A stretch of 64,000 bases of DNA from assembly GCA_045535465.1 (NCBI GenBank), contig JAZSLS010000016.1, positions 270 through 64,269 of the forward strand. Reading direction: 5' to 3'. Below, in pieces: positions 53,746-62,533 of this stretch (the first letter of the stretch is position 1; every line of letters starts with the position of its first letter). Source of the stretch: Eubacteriales bacterium. Lineage in GTDB: Bacteria > Bacillota > Clostridia > Oscillospirales > CAG-382. The notes beneath the pieces are model-generated. The model did not search any database, was not told the DNA's origin, and saw nothing but the letters and a program-made list of their open reading frames with translations. Made by a program: the position numbers and the translations under genes.

Positions 53746-56370
53746 ATGGCTGAAAAGTATACTAAAAAAAAGGCAACTACTAAAAAAACACCCCCTAAAA
53801 AAACAATAAAAAAACCGGCACCCAAAGCCGCTGCATCAAAGAAGAAAAATATGCCTAAGCAGGAAGCGCAGACCCAAGAAAAAAGGCGTATTGACCCTCT
53901 TATAGGCTTTTGTATCACCGCCTTTATAACACTATTACTGGTATTTTTGCTTATTTTTAAGGATATGGCATTCTTTGGCAAGGTGGTTCGCCCCATCCTT
54001 TGCGGTCTTGCGGGCGAATGGGGTGTCATCATCGCCCCCGTGTACCTTGTTAAGCTGCTTTTCACTTGGTTTAAGGACAGAAAAAATGATAAGGCGGTGT
54101 ACAAGTGGTTTTTCACTGCGGTAAACTATTGGGCGCTGCTTATGATAATACACCGTTTTGGCACCCCCAAAGCTGACCGTGCTTTTGGGCTTGAAAATTG
54201 GACGCTTGGCGTAGAGGGGATAGGCACAGGCTTTATAGGCGGCAACTCCTTCTGCGGTCTCAGCGCCTTTATGGGTGAGGCTGCAAGCCTTACTCTTGCC
54301 ATAATCATTGTAGTTTTTACTCTTCCCGCACTTTTCGATTCCACTCCTCGCAAGGTGTTACGAGGTATTGTAAACGCTTTTAAAACCCTTACTATCCAAT
54401 CCAACGACGAAGAGGACGAGTATGAGCTTACTGCTGACGTGGAGGCAGACAAAAAACGCCGCAGAAGAAGCGAGGACTCTCACGTTACTCCTCCTAAGCC
54501 TCCTAAAAAACGTACTGATTGGGATTTTCCGGGTAACGACGTAGACAACTATGACGATATAAAAACTCCTGCCGAGGAAGTGGAGGAAGAGATAAACCGT
54601 ACACGCAAAAAGCGCAAATATGAGGAAATCGTTCCCGAAGACCCGATAAAAGCTCCGGAAGAGCCTGTTAGAGAGCTTCCCGTGGAAGAGCCTGCGGAAG
54701 AAGCGGAGGCAGACCCGATAGCCCCCGTTTTGGAAACTCCCGTGGACAAGCCTGTTTCCGAAGAACAGCCCTCCGCTGAAACGGCGGAGGAACCCACCGA
54801 AGAAGCGGCAGAGCCTGTGGTGGATATAAACATAGAGCCTGTTAAAGAGCCGGAGGCGGCATACGTCTTTCCGCCTGTTTCGCTTCTTACCCCCAAGGAC
54901 CCCGATAAGGAAGGCTTTTCTCCCGACGAGGTAGCAAAAACCAGTGAGCTTTTGGTTCAAACCCTGGCAAACTTCGGAGTACGAGCCAAAGTGGTAAATA
55001 CTTGCTGCGGGCCTACCGTTACCAGGTATGAGGTACAGCCTGAAGCGGGCGTTCGTGTCAAGCAAATAGCAAACCTTACCGATGATATTGCTCTTCATCT
55101 TGCGGCTACCAGCATACGAATGGAAGCGCCCATACCGGGTAAATCCGCCGTGGGTATAGAGATACCCAATAAAAATAAAAACGTAGTTCGTCTGCGTGAG
55201 CTTATTGAAGGCGACGAGTTTAAAAAATCAAACGAAAAGCTTCTTTGCTGCCTTGGCGTAGACGTGGTTGGCAACCCCGTAACTCTTAACGTTGCAAAGA
55301 TGCCCCACCTGCTTATAGCGGGTGCAACGGGTATGGGTAAGTCCGTTTGTATTAACTCTCTTATTGTTTCTTTACTTTACCGTGCCCATCCCGATGAGGT
55401 TAAGCTGATACTTATTGACCCTAAAAAGGTTGAGTTTTCCGATTATAACGGTATTCCTCACCTGCTTGTTCCCGTTGTGACCGAGCCTAAGAAGGCCGCA
55501 GGCTCATTAAGCTGGGCAGTGCTTGAAATGGAAAGACGCTTCTCTGAAATTCAAGAGGTAGGCGCTAAGAACCTGGAGGAATACAATGAGATGACTGCAG
55601 GCGACCCCGAAAAGGAATATATTCCTCAGGTAGTTATCATTATAGACGAGCTTGCTGACCTTATGATGACCGCCCCCGGCGAGGTAGAAAACTCTATATG
55701 CCGTCTGGCGCAAAAGGCACGTGCCGCAGGTATGTATCTTATCATAGGTACTCAGCGTCCTTCCGTAGACGTTATTACAGGTCTTATTAAGGCAAATATC
55801 CCATCCAGAATAGCCTGCAAGGTTGCTTCTCAGGTGGATAGCCGTACTATTCTTGACATAGCGGGCGCTGAAAAGCTTATGGGGAGGGGCGATATGCTTT
55901 ATAATCCCGTTGGCACTCTCAAGCCCAAGCGTGTTCAAGGTGCTTTTGTAGAGGGTAGGGAGGTTATCTCCGTTTGTACCTATCTTAAGCAAGCGGCCGA
56001 GGCTAAGTACAGCGAAGACGTAATGGCTATGATAGAGAGGGAAGCTCAGCTTTGCGGCGAAAAGCCCTCCAAGCGTGCAGCGGCTGAAGCAGAAGCCAAT
56101 ACAGATGCGGTTGACGCTCTTGAAATGCAGGTTATTGAGCTTGCCATAGAGTGCGATACCATATCCACGTCTCTTATCCAGCGCCGTCTTTCCATAGGCT
56201 ACTCCCGTGCAGCCCGTATAATTGATAAATTGGAGCAGAGGGGCATAGTAGGTCCATTTGATGCGGCGGCAAAGAAACGCAAGGTGCTTATTACCAAGGA
56301 GCAGTTTATGCAAATGCAAATGAACGAAAGTGATGCCGCAAACGGCAAAGCCGAAGCAGGTGAAGAGTAA
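53746..56370 (+). CDS. ftsK: DNA translocase FtsK/SpoIIIE
   Basis: N-terminal TM segments and a Pro/Glu-rich linker. Walker A GATGMGKS, Walker B VVIIDELAD, C-terminal gamma wHTH domain. Confidence 0.95.
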   Translation: MAEKYTKKKATTKKTPPKKTIKKPAPKAAASKKKNMPKQEAQTQEKRRIDPLIGFCITAFITLLLVFLLIFKDMAFFGKVVRPILCGLAGEWGVIIAPVYLVKLLFTWFKDRKNDKAVYKWFFTAVNYWALLMIIHRFGTPKADRAFGLENWTLGVEGIGTGFIGGNSFCGLSAFMGEAASLTLAIIIVVFTLPALFDSTPRKVLRGIVNAFKTLTIQSNDEEDEYELTADVEADKKRRRRSEDSHVTPPKPPKKRTDWDFPGNDVDNYDDIKTPAEEVEEEINRTRKKRKYEEIVPEDPIKAPEEPVRELPVEEPAEEAEADPIAPVLETPVDKPVSEEQPSAETAEEPTEEAAEPVVDINIEPVKEPEAAYVFPPVSLLTPKDPDKEGFSPDEVAKTSELLVQTLANFGVRAKVVNTCCGPTVTRYEVQPEAGVRVKQIANLTDDIALHLAATSIRMEAPIPGKSAVGIEIPNKNKNVVRLRELIEGDEFKKSNEKLLCCLGVDVVGNPVTLNVAKMPHLLIAGATGMGKSVCINSLIVSLLYRAHPDEVKLILIDPKKVEFSDYNGIPHLLVPVVTEPKKAAGSLSWAVLEMERRFSEIQEVGAKNLEEYNEMTAGDPEKEYIPQVVIIIDELADLMMTAPGEVENSICRLAQKARAAGMYLIIGTQRPSVDVITGLIKANIPSRIACKVASQVDSRTILDIAGAEKLMGRGDMLYNPVGTLKPKRVQGAFVEGREVISVCTYLKQAAEAKYSEDVMAMIEREAQLCGEKPSKRAAAEAEANTDAVDALEMQVIELAIECDTISTSLIQRRLSIGYSRAARIIDKLEQRGIVGPFDAAAKKRKVLITKEQFMQMQMNESDAANGKAEAGEE

Positions 56371-56906
56371 TGAAAAAAACAATTTGCCTATTAGTTTTGG
56401 TTTGTCTTTGTCTTAGCTCCTGCGGAGCTGACGGCGGAGTGAAGCTTTCGGAGCTGCCTGACTTTGCAAAGCCTCTTGAAACTGCCCTCACGGCGCTTCT
56501 CAAAGGGGACGGAGAAGGGTATTATAAAGCCTTTCCTCCTAAAATGCAGGAAGACTATACGGTACAGGACGTTTGCGCTTATTACTTTTCATTTACGGAT
56601 ATGTCCTCGTGGTTGGAAAACGCTTTGCGTATATACGACGTATCCTACGGCAAGGATTTGTATATAAAGGGTAAAATAGTATCAAACGAAAAGGTTGCGC
56701 TTTCCTCCTTGGGGGATGCTAATCTTGACTATTACACTTATATGCGCTATCCCACCGAGGATAACACCGAGGAGGTACAAAAAGCTGTGTTTGCCTACAC
56801 TGTAGGCGGTGAAAAAACCAGCGAGGAAAAGGAAGCCACCTTGTATTTTGTAAAGCAGGACGGTAAGTGGTATCTCCACTCCTACTACGCTTTTTATAAC
56901 TTTTAA
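56370..56906 (+). CDS. lipoprotein, unknown function
   Basis: TAATG stop/start overlap with ftsK. Lipobox CLSSC. Confidence 0.65.
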   Translation: MKKTICLLVLVCLCLSSCGADGGVKLSELPDFAKPLETALTALLKGDGEGYYKAFPPKMQEDYTVQDVCAYYFSFTDMSSWLENALRIYDVSYGKDLYIKGKIVSNEKVALSSLGDANLDYYTYMRYPTEDNTEEVQKAVFAYTVGGEKTSEEKEATLYFVKQDGKWYLHSYYAFYNF

Positions 56907-56918
56907 GGAGAAAAGCCT

Positions 56919-57383
56919 ATGGAGAATAAAAAAACAGTAATTGCCGAATTCTTACGTTACGCAGTGGTTGGCGGAATAGCCTTTGTTGTGGATTTTTCCA
57001 TTTTTGCTCTTTTTAGGGAGCTTATCTTTAAAGGTGACGGCACTGCCGCAATAATCGTATCCACCGCCGCAGGCTTTATTGGCGGCCTTGCGGTTAACTA
57101 TATACTTTCAATGCTTATGGTTTTTCGTACCGAAAAACAGCAAAAGCAGGGCAAAAACCTTCGTGCGGTTCTCATTTTTGCTATAATAGGCATTATAGGC
57201 TTGGGGCTTACGGAGCTTCTTCAGTGGCTTGGCGAAACTCAGCTTTTGCAAAGTAGCTTGGGTAAAAGTATAGATGAAATGATAAAGGGGTATGGCGTTT
57301 ACGCCCTAAAAATAGTAGTGGCAGGCATAGTTCTTATATGGAACTACGTTGGCAGAAAGATTTTTGTGTTTAAGGAGAATTAA
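56919..57383 (+). CDS. GtrA family membrane protein
   Basis: 154 aa with four TM helices. N-terminal [14 protein letters not shown] is typical of GtrA-like proteins. Confidence 0.85.
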   Translation: MENKKTVIAEFLRYAVVGGIAFVVDFSIFALFRELIFKGDGTAAIIVSTAAGFIGGLAVNYILSMLMVFRTEKQQKQGKNLRAVLIFAIIGIIGLGLTELLQWLGETQLLQSSLGKSIDEMIKGYGVYALKIVVAGIVLIWNYVGRKIFVFKEN

Positions 57384-57385
57384 AA

Positions 57386-58954
57386 ATGGCAAACAAAGCA
57401 AAACACGCTGTAATAATAGGCGCAGGCCCTGCGGGTCTTACCGCTGCATATCAACTTTTAAAGAACACCGACGTATTACCTATAATCATCGAGGAAAGCC
57501 CCTTTATAGGCGGAATATCCCGCACTGCACAGGTAAGGGGTAACAGAATGGACCTTGGCGGCCACCGCTTCTTTTCCAAGGATAAGCGAGTTACTGACTT
57601 TTGGAATATGCTTATGCCCACTCAGGGTTCACCCGCTTCCGACGATATAATCACGGGCAACGAAAAGCCTTTGGTTGCAGGCGGCCCCGACCCCGAAAAG
57701 GAAGACCGTGTTATGCTTGTACGTACTCGTGTGTCACGCATCTTCTTCCTTCGCAAGTTCTTTGACTATCCCATATCTATGAAGGGAGAAACCTTTAAGA
57801 ATATGGGCTTTAGCCGTACCGTTAAGAGCGGTGCAGGCTACATAAAAAGTGTTATATTTAAGCTTCCCGAGGATAACCTTAAAAACTTTTACATAAACCG
57901 CTTTGGCAAGCCCCTTTACGAAATGTTTTTTGAAGACTATACTACCAAGCTTTGGGGCGTTAACCCCGAAAACATTTCTGCCGATTGGGGTGCACAGCGT
58001 GTTAAGGGTCTTTCCCTTACAAAGGCTTTGTGGTCTATGCTTAAAAAGCCCTTCTCCAAAGGCGGCGGTGAGGTGGAAACCTCGCTTATTGAGCAGTTTA
58101 TTTACCCTAAGAAAGGCCCCGGCCAGCTTTGGGAGATACTTGCTGACGAGGTTGAAAAGCTTGGCGGCATTATACTTATGGAAACTAAGGCAACGGGCGT
58201 TGTTACAAACGGTAACCGAGTAACGGGCGTAAAGGTACACCGTGAGGGCAAGGACAGCGTGCTGGAATGTGACTACGCTTTGTCATCTATGCCTGTAAAG
58301 GACCTTATCGAGGGGTTTGATAAAGCGCCTGCCAACGTGCGTGAGGTAGCATCGGGTCTTCCTTACCGTGACTTTATCACCGTTGGTCTTTTGGTGGACA
58401 AGCTTCTTATCACCAACAAAACCAAGATGAAAACCGTAGGCAATATAGTTCCGGACTGTTGGATTTATATTCAGGAGAGGGACGTTAAGATAGGCAGACT
58501 TCAGATATTTAACAATTGGTCACCATATATGGTGGCAGACCCCTCTAAGATATGGATGGGGCTTGAGTATTTCTGCAACGAAGGCGACGAGATGTGGAAT
58601 ATGGATTCGGATGACTTTATTAAGTTTGCCATTTCCGAGCTTGAGAAGATAGACATAATCAAGAGGGAAGACGTAAGAGATGCAGTGCGTATCCGTGTTA
58701 AAAAGGCATATCCTGCATATTTTGGAGTGTACAGCCGTTTTAATGAGGTTAAAGCCTTCCTTGACGGCTTTGAAAACCTTTTCTGCATAGGCAGAAACGG
58801 CCAGCATCGCTACAATAATATGGACCACTCTATGCTTACTGCAATGGAAGCGGTGGACGCTATTGCCGCAGGCAGCAGTGACAAGAGTGCAGTTTGGAAC
58901 GTTAATACCGAAAAGGAATACCACGAAACGGCTGAAAAGAAAAGCGGTGAATAA
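57386..58954 (+). CDS. NAD(P)/FAD-dependent oxidoreductase (amine-oxidase / UDP-galactopyranose-mutase-like fold)
   Basis: N-terminal dinucleotide fold [16 protein letters not shown]. 522 aa. It starts 3 nt after the GtrA stop. Confidence 0.75.
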   Translation: MANKAKHAVIIGAGPAGLTAAYQLLKNTDVLPIIIEESPFIGGISRTAQVRGNRMDLGGHRFFSKDKRVTDFWNMLMPTQGSPASDDIITGNEKPLVAGGPDPEKEDRVMLVRTRVSRIFFLRKFFDYPISMKGETFKNMGFSRTVKSGAGYIKSVIFKLPEDNLKNFYINRFGKPLYEMFFEDYTTKLWGVNPENISADWGAQRVKGLSLTKALWSMLKKPFSKGGGEVETSLIEQFIYPKKGPGQLWEILADEVEKLGGIILMETKATGVVTNGNRVTGVKVHREGKDSVLECDYALSSMPVKDLIEGFDKAPANVREVASGLPYRDFITVGLLVDKLLITNKTKMKTVGNIVPDCWIYIQERDVKIGRLQIFNNWSPYMVADPSKIWMGLEYFCNEGDEMWNMDSDDFIKFAISELEKIDIIKREDVRDAVRIRVKKAYPAYFGVYSRFNEVKAFLDGFENLFCIGRNGQHRYNNMDHSMLTAMEAVDAIAAGSSDKSAVWNVNTEKEYHETAEKKSGE

Positions 58955-58956
58955 TT

Positions 58957-60999
58957 GTGAAAAATGAGTTAAAAAACAGCCTTTCGCTGTCAAGTCATCT
59001 TTCTAAATATCCAATGGCGCTTACTTGTCTCCTTTGCCTTTGTTCTTTGTTTTTTGCTCAAAGGTACGAGGCGGCGGCTTCCTACAAATACGATGGCGTA
59101 AGTGGTGAGTTTACCCTTGTTACTATGGTTTTCGGGGTGGCTTTAGGGGCTATATTGTTGGCAGTAATAATAGGCGCAGTTAGCTCTAAGGAGCTTGGCA
59201 AGGCAAAAGCTGTCCTGTATACAGGTGCAGGCGCAGGTGCGTTGTTTTTGGCGTGGCGCGGTATAAGCTTACTAAGCGGTGTGGCATTTACCGTTTGTAT
59301 GGCGGCGCTTGCCTTAGCTTTTGCCGCCCTTTGTGTGTACTTTTACGTAAAGGACAGGCTTGCCGCTACGGCTCTTGCCGCATCCTCGGTGCTTTGCCTT
59401 GGCTTTTGTATAGGCTTTGGTATTGTTTTTTACGTTTTAGCCGTGTTTCTATGTGCAGTTTTTATTCTTGCAGATAAAGAAACAAGCCTTCAAAGGCGTA
59501 TAGCGTCGGTTATCACCGTGGCTTTTACTGCGGCTATGGTACCTTTGGTGTACAATAGGGCAGCTCCCCCCGCAAACGGTGTTTTTATCGCAGGCGTGTT
59601 GCTTGTGGCAGGTGCCTCCTTTGTTGCTCATTTGAGAGGCAAGATTAATATTCCCACTCCCATACTTTTTATGTTTGGCTTAGGGCTTGTTATGCGTTTG
59701 GGTTACGTTTTGGACGTTGCGCTGCCTTATAATCAACACGACGTATTTTCCGTTTTCAATAATACCAACCCCCGTCACAACAGCTATATAATGTATATAT
59801 ATAACAATATGGCGTTGCCTACGGAAAAGGTATATAACGCAGGCCTTTCTCAGTACTATCATCCGCCCCTTTATCACTTTTTGGCTGCACTTTGGATGAA
59901 GGTGCAGACCCTTTGCGGCATCGACCTTTACAAGGCTTACGAAAACGTGCAGTATTTTACTTTGTTCTGCTCTGCCGCAATGATGACTGCGGCATACAAG
60001 CTGTTTGCTGAGTTTAAGCTTAAAGGCATAGGTCTTTATACCGCCTTTGCGCTTATCGCTTTTCATCCTACCTTTTACATTTTTGCAGGCAGTGTTAACA
60101 ACGACCCTCTTACCACCTTGTTTTTGTTCCTTGCCGTGCTTTATACGGTGCGCTGGTACAAAAACTCAAGCTTTAAAAACACAGTACTTCTCGCCTTTTC
60201 CATAGGTCTGGCAATGATGACAAAGCTTTCCGGTGCGATGGTCGCCTTTGGCACGGCATACGTTATGCTTTATAAGCTGTTTACAAGTACAACGGGCGGC
60301 TTTTTTAAAAACCTTGAAAAGCTGTGGTCACGCTTTGCAGTATTTGCGGCGCTTTGCTTCCCCTTGGGGCTTTGGTGGCCGGTTAGATGCGCTATAAAGT
60401 ACGATATGCCCTTGGGCTACGTTCCTTCTCTCAGCGAAAACGCCGACCAATATATTGGAAAGTATTCTTTTATAGAACGTCTTACGGGTGTAGGAAGTTG
60501 GTCTTTTTCAAATATGTATCCCAATATCGGATTAACCGCTATGGATGGAAGCGCTCCTGCAGGGGATAAGTTTTACGACTACGGTATTTTCCCGTATGCG
60601 GTTAAAAGCGCCCTTTTTGGTGAGTTTTTTGTAAAAACCAAGGTAAGCCCCTTGCAAAACGTTCTGGCATACGTTATGGTAATAAGCTCACTCCTTCTTA
60701 TAGCCTATAGCCTTTACGCAATGGCAAGGCTTATTATCAAAAAAAGAGGAAGCGAGGCGGTGCCTTTCCGTTTTCTTTTGGTGTTTTACGCTGCCTTGGT
60801 AGGAAGCTACGTTATGTTTTGCTTTAACTATCCGCACACCTGCACTATGGACTTTAGGTACATAGTCCCCACGTTGCTTATAAGCGCAGTGTTTATGGGG
60901 GTGCATTTGTGCGAGGAGGGAAGAGGAAAAGCAGTAAAGTATTCTGTTTTTGCGCTAAGCGCCATATTTGCCCTGTCTTCCGCAATGTTTTATATTTGA
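58957..60999 (+). CDS. GT-C fold glycosyltransferase (family 39 / PMT_2 / ArnT-like) with an extra N-terminal polytopic region
   Basis: YHPPLYHFLAALW and downstream polytopic pattern are typical of PMT_2. About 230 additional hydrophobic residues precede them. The GTG start at 58957 is uncertain; an in-frame ATG at 59014 is possible. Confidence 0.7.
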   Translation: MKNELKNSLSLSSHLSKYPMALTCLLCLCSLFFAQRYEAAASYKYDGVSGEFTLVTMVFGVALGAILLAVIIGAVSSKELGKAKAVLYTGAGAGALFLAWRGISLLSGVAFTVCMAALALAFAALCVYFYVKDRLAATALAASSVLCLGFCIGFGIVFYVLAVFLCAVFILADKETSLQRRIASVITVAFTAAMVPLVYNRAAPPANGVFIAGVLLVAGASFVAHLRGKINIPTPILFMFGLGLVMRLGYVLDVALPYNQHDVFSVFNNTNPRHNSYIMYIYNNMALPTEKVYNAGLSQYYHPPLYHFLAALWMKVQTLCGIDLYKAYENVQYFTLFCSAAMMTAAYKLFAEFKLKGIGLYTAFALIAFHPTFYIFAGSVNNDPLTTLFLFLAVLYTVRWYKNSSFKNTVLLAFSIGLAMMTKLSGAMVAFGTAYVMLYKLFTSTTGGFFKNLEKLWSRFAVFAALCFPLGLWWPVRCAIKYDMPLGYVPSLSENADQYIGKYSFIERLTGVGSWSFSNMYPNIGLTAMDGSAPAGDKFYDYGIFPYAVKSALFGEFFVKTKVSPLQNVLAYVMVISSLLLIAYSLYAMARLIIKKRGSEAVPFRFLLVFYAALVGSYVMFCFNYPHTCTMDFRYIVPTLLISAVFMGVHLCEEGRGKAVKYSVFALSAIFALSSAMFYI

Positions 61000-61009
61000 G
61001 AATAATAAA

Positions 61010-61054
61010 CAAAAAACGGCTGTGAAAATTGTAGGTTTTCACAGCCGTTTTTTG
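61010..61054 (+). terminator. intrinsic terminator
   Basis: 16-bp stem AAAACGGCTGTGAAAA (61013-61028) / TTTTCACAGCCGTTTT (61036-61051) followed by a T-run. Confidence 0.9.
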
Positions 61055-61135
61055 CCTTAAATTAAAAGTTTTTTTATCTGTTATTAATGTTTGAGTGTTA
61101 TAATCCTTACATACTCAGTGAGAGGAGGAGTTTTT

Positions 61136-61846
61136 GTGGCAAAGGACCTTTTTATTTTTAAAAGAGTAGAGAAAAAATACCGAATAAGCACCGAAAAACA
61201 ACTTAAGCTCCTTTCATTAATGGGTGATAAGCTTATTCCCGATGAACACGGCAAAAGCACAGTCAGCAGCATTTATCTTGACACGCCTACGCATTTGCTT
61301 ATACGCAACTCCATAGAGGCAAGGGAATATAAGGAAAAGCTTAGGCTTAGAAGCTACGGCGTTCCAAAGGGTGACACCAAGGTTTTTCTTGAGATAAAAA
61401 AGAAGTTTAAAGGCGTGGTTTACAAACGCCGCATCTCCACCTCTTTAGACAGTGCTATGGCGTACATAAACGGCGGCAAGGTACCGTTGCAGTCCCAGAT
61501 AATGTCCGAAATAGACTATGCAATGAGGTTTTACGGTCATCCAACGCCTTCCATAATGGTGTCTTACGAAAGAGAAGCTTATTATTTAAAAGAAAACCCA
61601 AACGTACGCCTTACCTTTGATAGCGGGATACGTTACCGTACGGAGGATTTGCTTTTGGAAAACGGCAACCACGGCGCTATGCTTTTACCCGAGGGTGAGC
61701 TTGTTCTTGAAATAAAAACCGATGGTGCTATGCCCGTATGGATGTCTCGGATATTGGATGAGTGCGGTATATATCCTTCATCATTTTCCAAATGCGGCAA
61801 CGCTTATCGCACGATAGTTGCAAGCAAGTCAAAAGTGGCAATATAA
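61136..61846 (+). CDS. VTC domain-containing protein (polyphosphate-polymerase-like / CYTH tunnel fold)
   Basis: GTG at 61136 follows AGGAGG. FKRVEKKY, SSIYLDTP, KLRLRSY, LEIKKK, YKRR, VRLTFD and LEIKTDG reproduce the beta-strand motif series of VTC/CYTH tunnels. Confidence 0.8.
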   Translation: MAKDLFIFKRVEKKYRISTEKQLKLLSLMGDKLIPDEHGKSTVSSIYLDTPTHLLIRNSIEAREYKEKLRLRSYGVPKGDTKVFLEIKKKFKGVVYKRRISTSLDSAMAYINGGKVPLQSQIMSEIDYAMRFYGHPTPSIMVSYEREAYYLKENPNVRLTFDSGIRYRTEDLLLENGNHGAMLLPEGELVLEIKTDGAMPVWMSRILDECGIYPSSFSKCGNAYRTIVASKSKVAI

Positions 61847-61861
61847 AAAAGGAGAAAAGCT

Positions 61862-62533
61862 ATGTCAGGAATTTTTGAAAATCTTTTAAATACCAACCTA
61901 CTCACTCCAAAACAGTATTTTTTGTGTTTGCTTGGCGCTATGGGCTGCGGAGTTATAGCGGCAATAGCTTCTTCCATAAAATCCAACAGCTCAAAGGGCT
62001 TTGTTGTTTCCTTGGTGCTTTTGCCTATGATAGTACACACCGTTATAACTATGGTAAACGGTGACGTTGGCACAGGTGTAGCGGTAATGGGCGCATTTTC
62101 TTTGGTTCGTTTCCGTTCCGTTGCAGGTAAGGCTAAGGAAATAGCGGCTATATTCCTTGTGATGGCTGCGGGGCTTGCTTGTGCGGCAGGCTACGTTGTT
62201 TTGGCTTTAGTGTTTACGGCTGTGGTTTCCGCTGTTATGCTTGCCTTTGCTTTTATACCTATGATGGCGCAAAAGACTATGGAGCTTACGGTTTTTGTAC
62301 CCGAGACCTTGCGTTTTGCCAACGCTTTTGACGACCTTTTTGATAAGTATACCAAAAGTCATAAGCTTGTAAGGATGAAAACCAGTAATATGGGTAGCCT
62401 TTATAAGCTTTTTTACAGAATAGAGCTTAAGGATAAGGAAAAATTACAGGAGTTTATAGACGAGCTTCGTTGCCGTAACGGTAACCTTGAGATTAGCGTT
62501 TGTGACTACGTGGAAGGAGTTGACGAGCTGTGA
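61862..62533 (+). CDS. DUF4956 domain-containing membrane protein
   Basis: Four TM helices with the GAFSLVRFRS motif. It occupies the canonical position next to the VTC-domain protein. Confidence 0.7.
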   Translation: MSGIFENLLNTNLLTPKQYFLCLLGAMGCGVIAAIASSIKSNSSKGFVVSLVLLPMIVHTVITMVNGDVGTGVAVMGAFSLVRFRSVAGKAKEIAAIFLVMAAGLACAAGYVVLALVFTAVVSAVMLAFAFIPMMAQKTMELTVFVPETLRFANAFDDLFDKYTKSHKLVRMKTSNMGSLYKLFYRIELKDKEKLQEFIDELRCRNGNLEISVCDYVEGVDEL

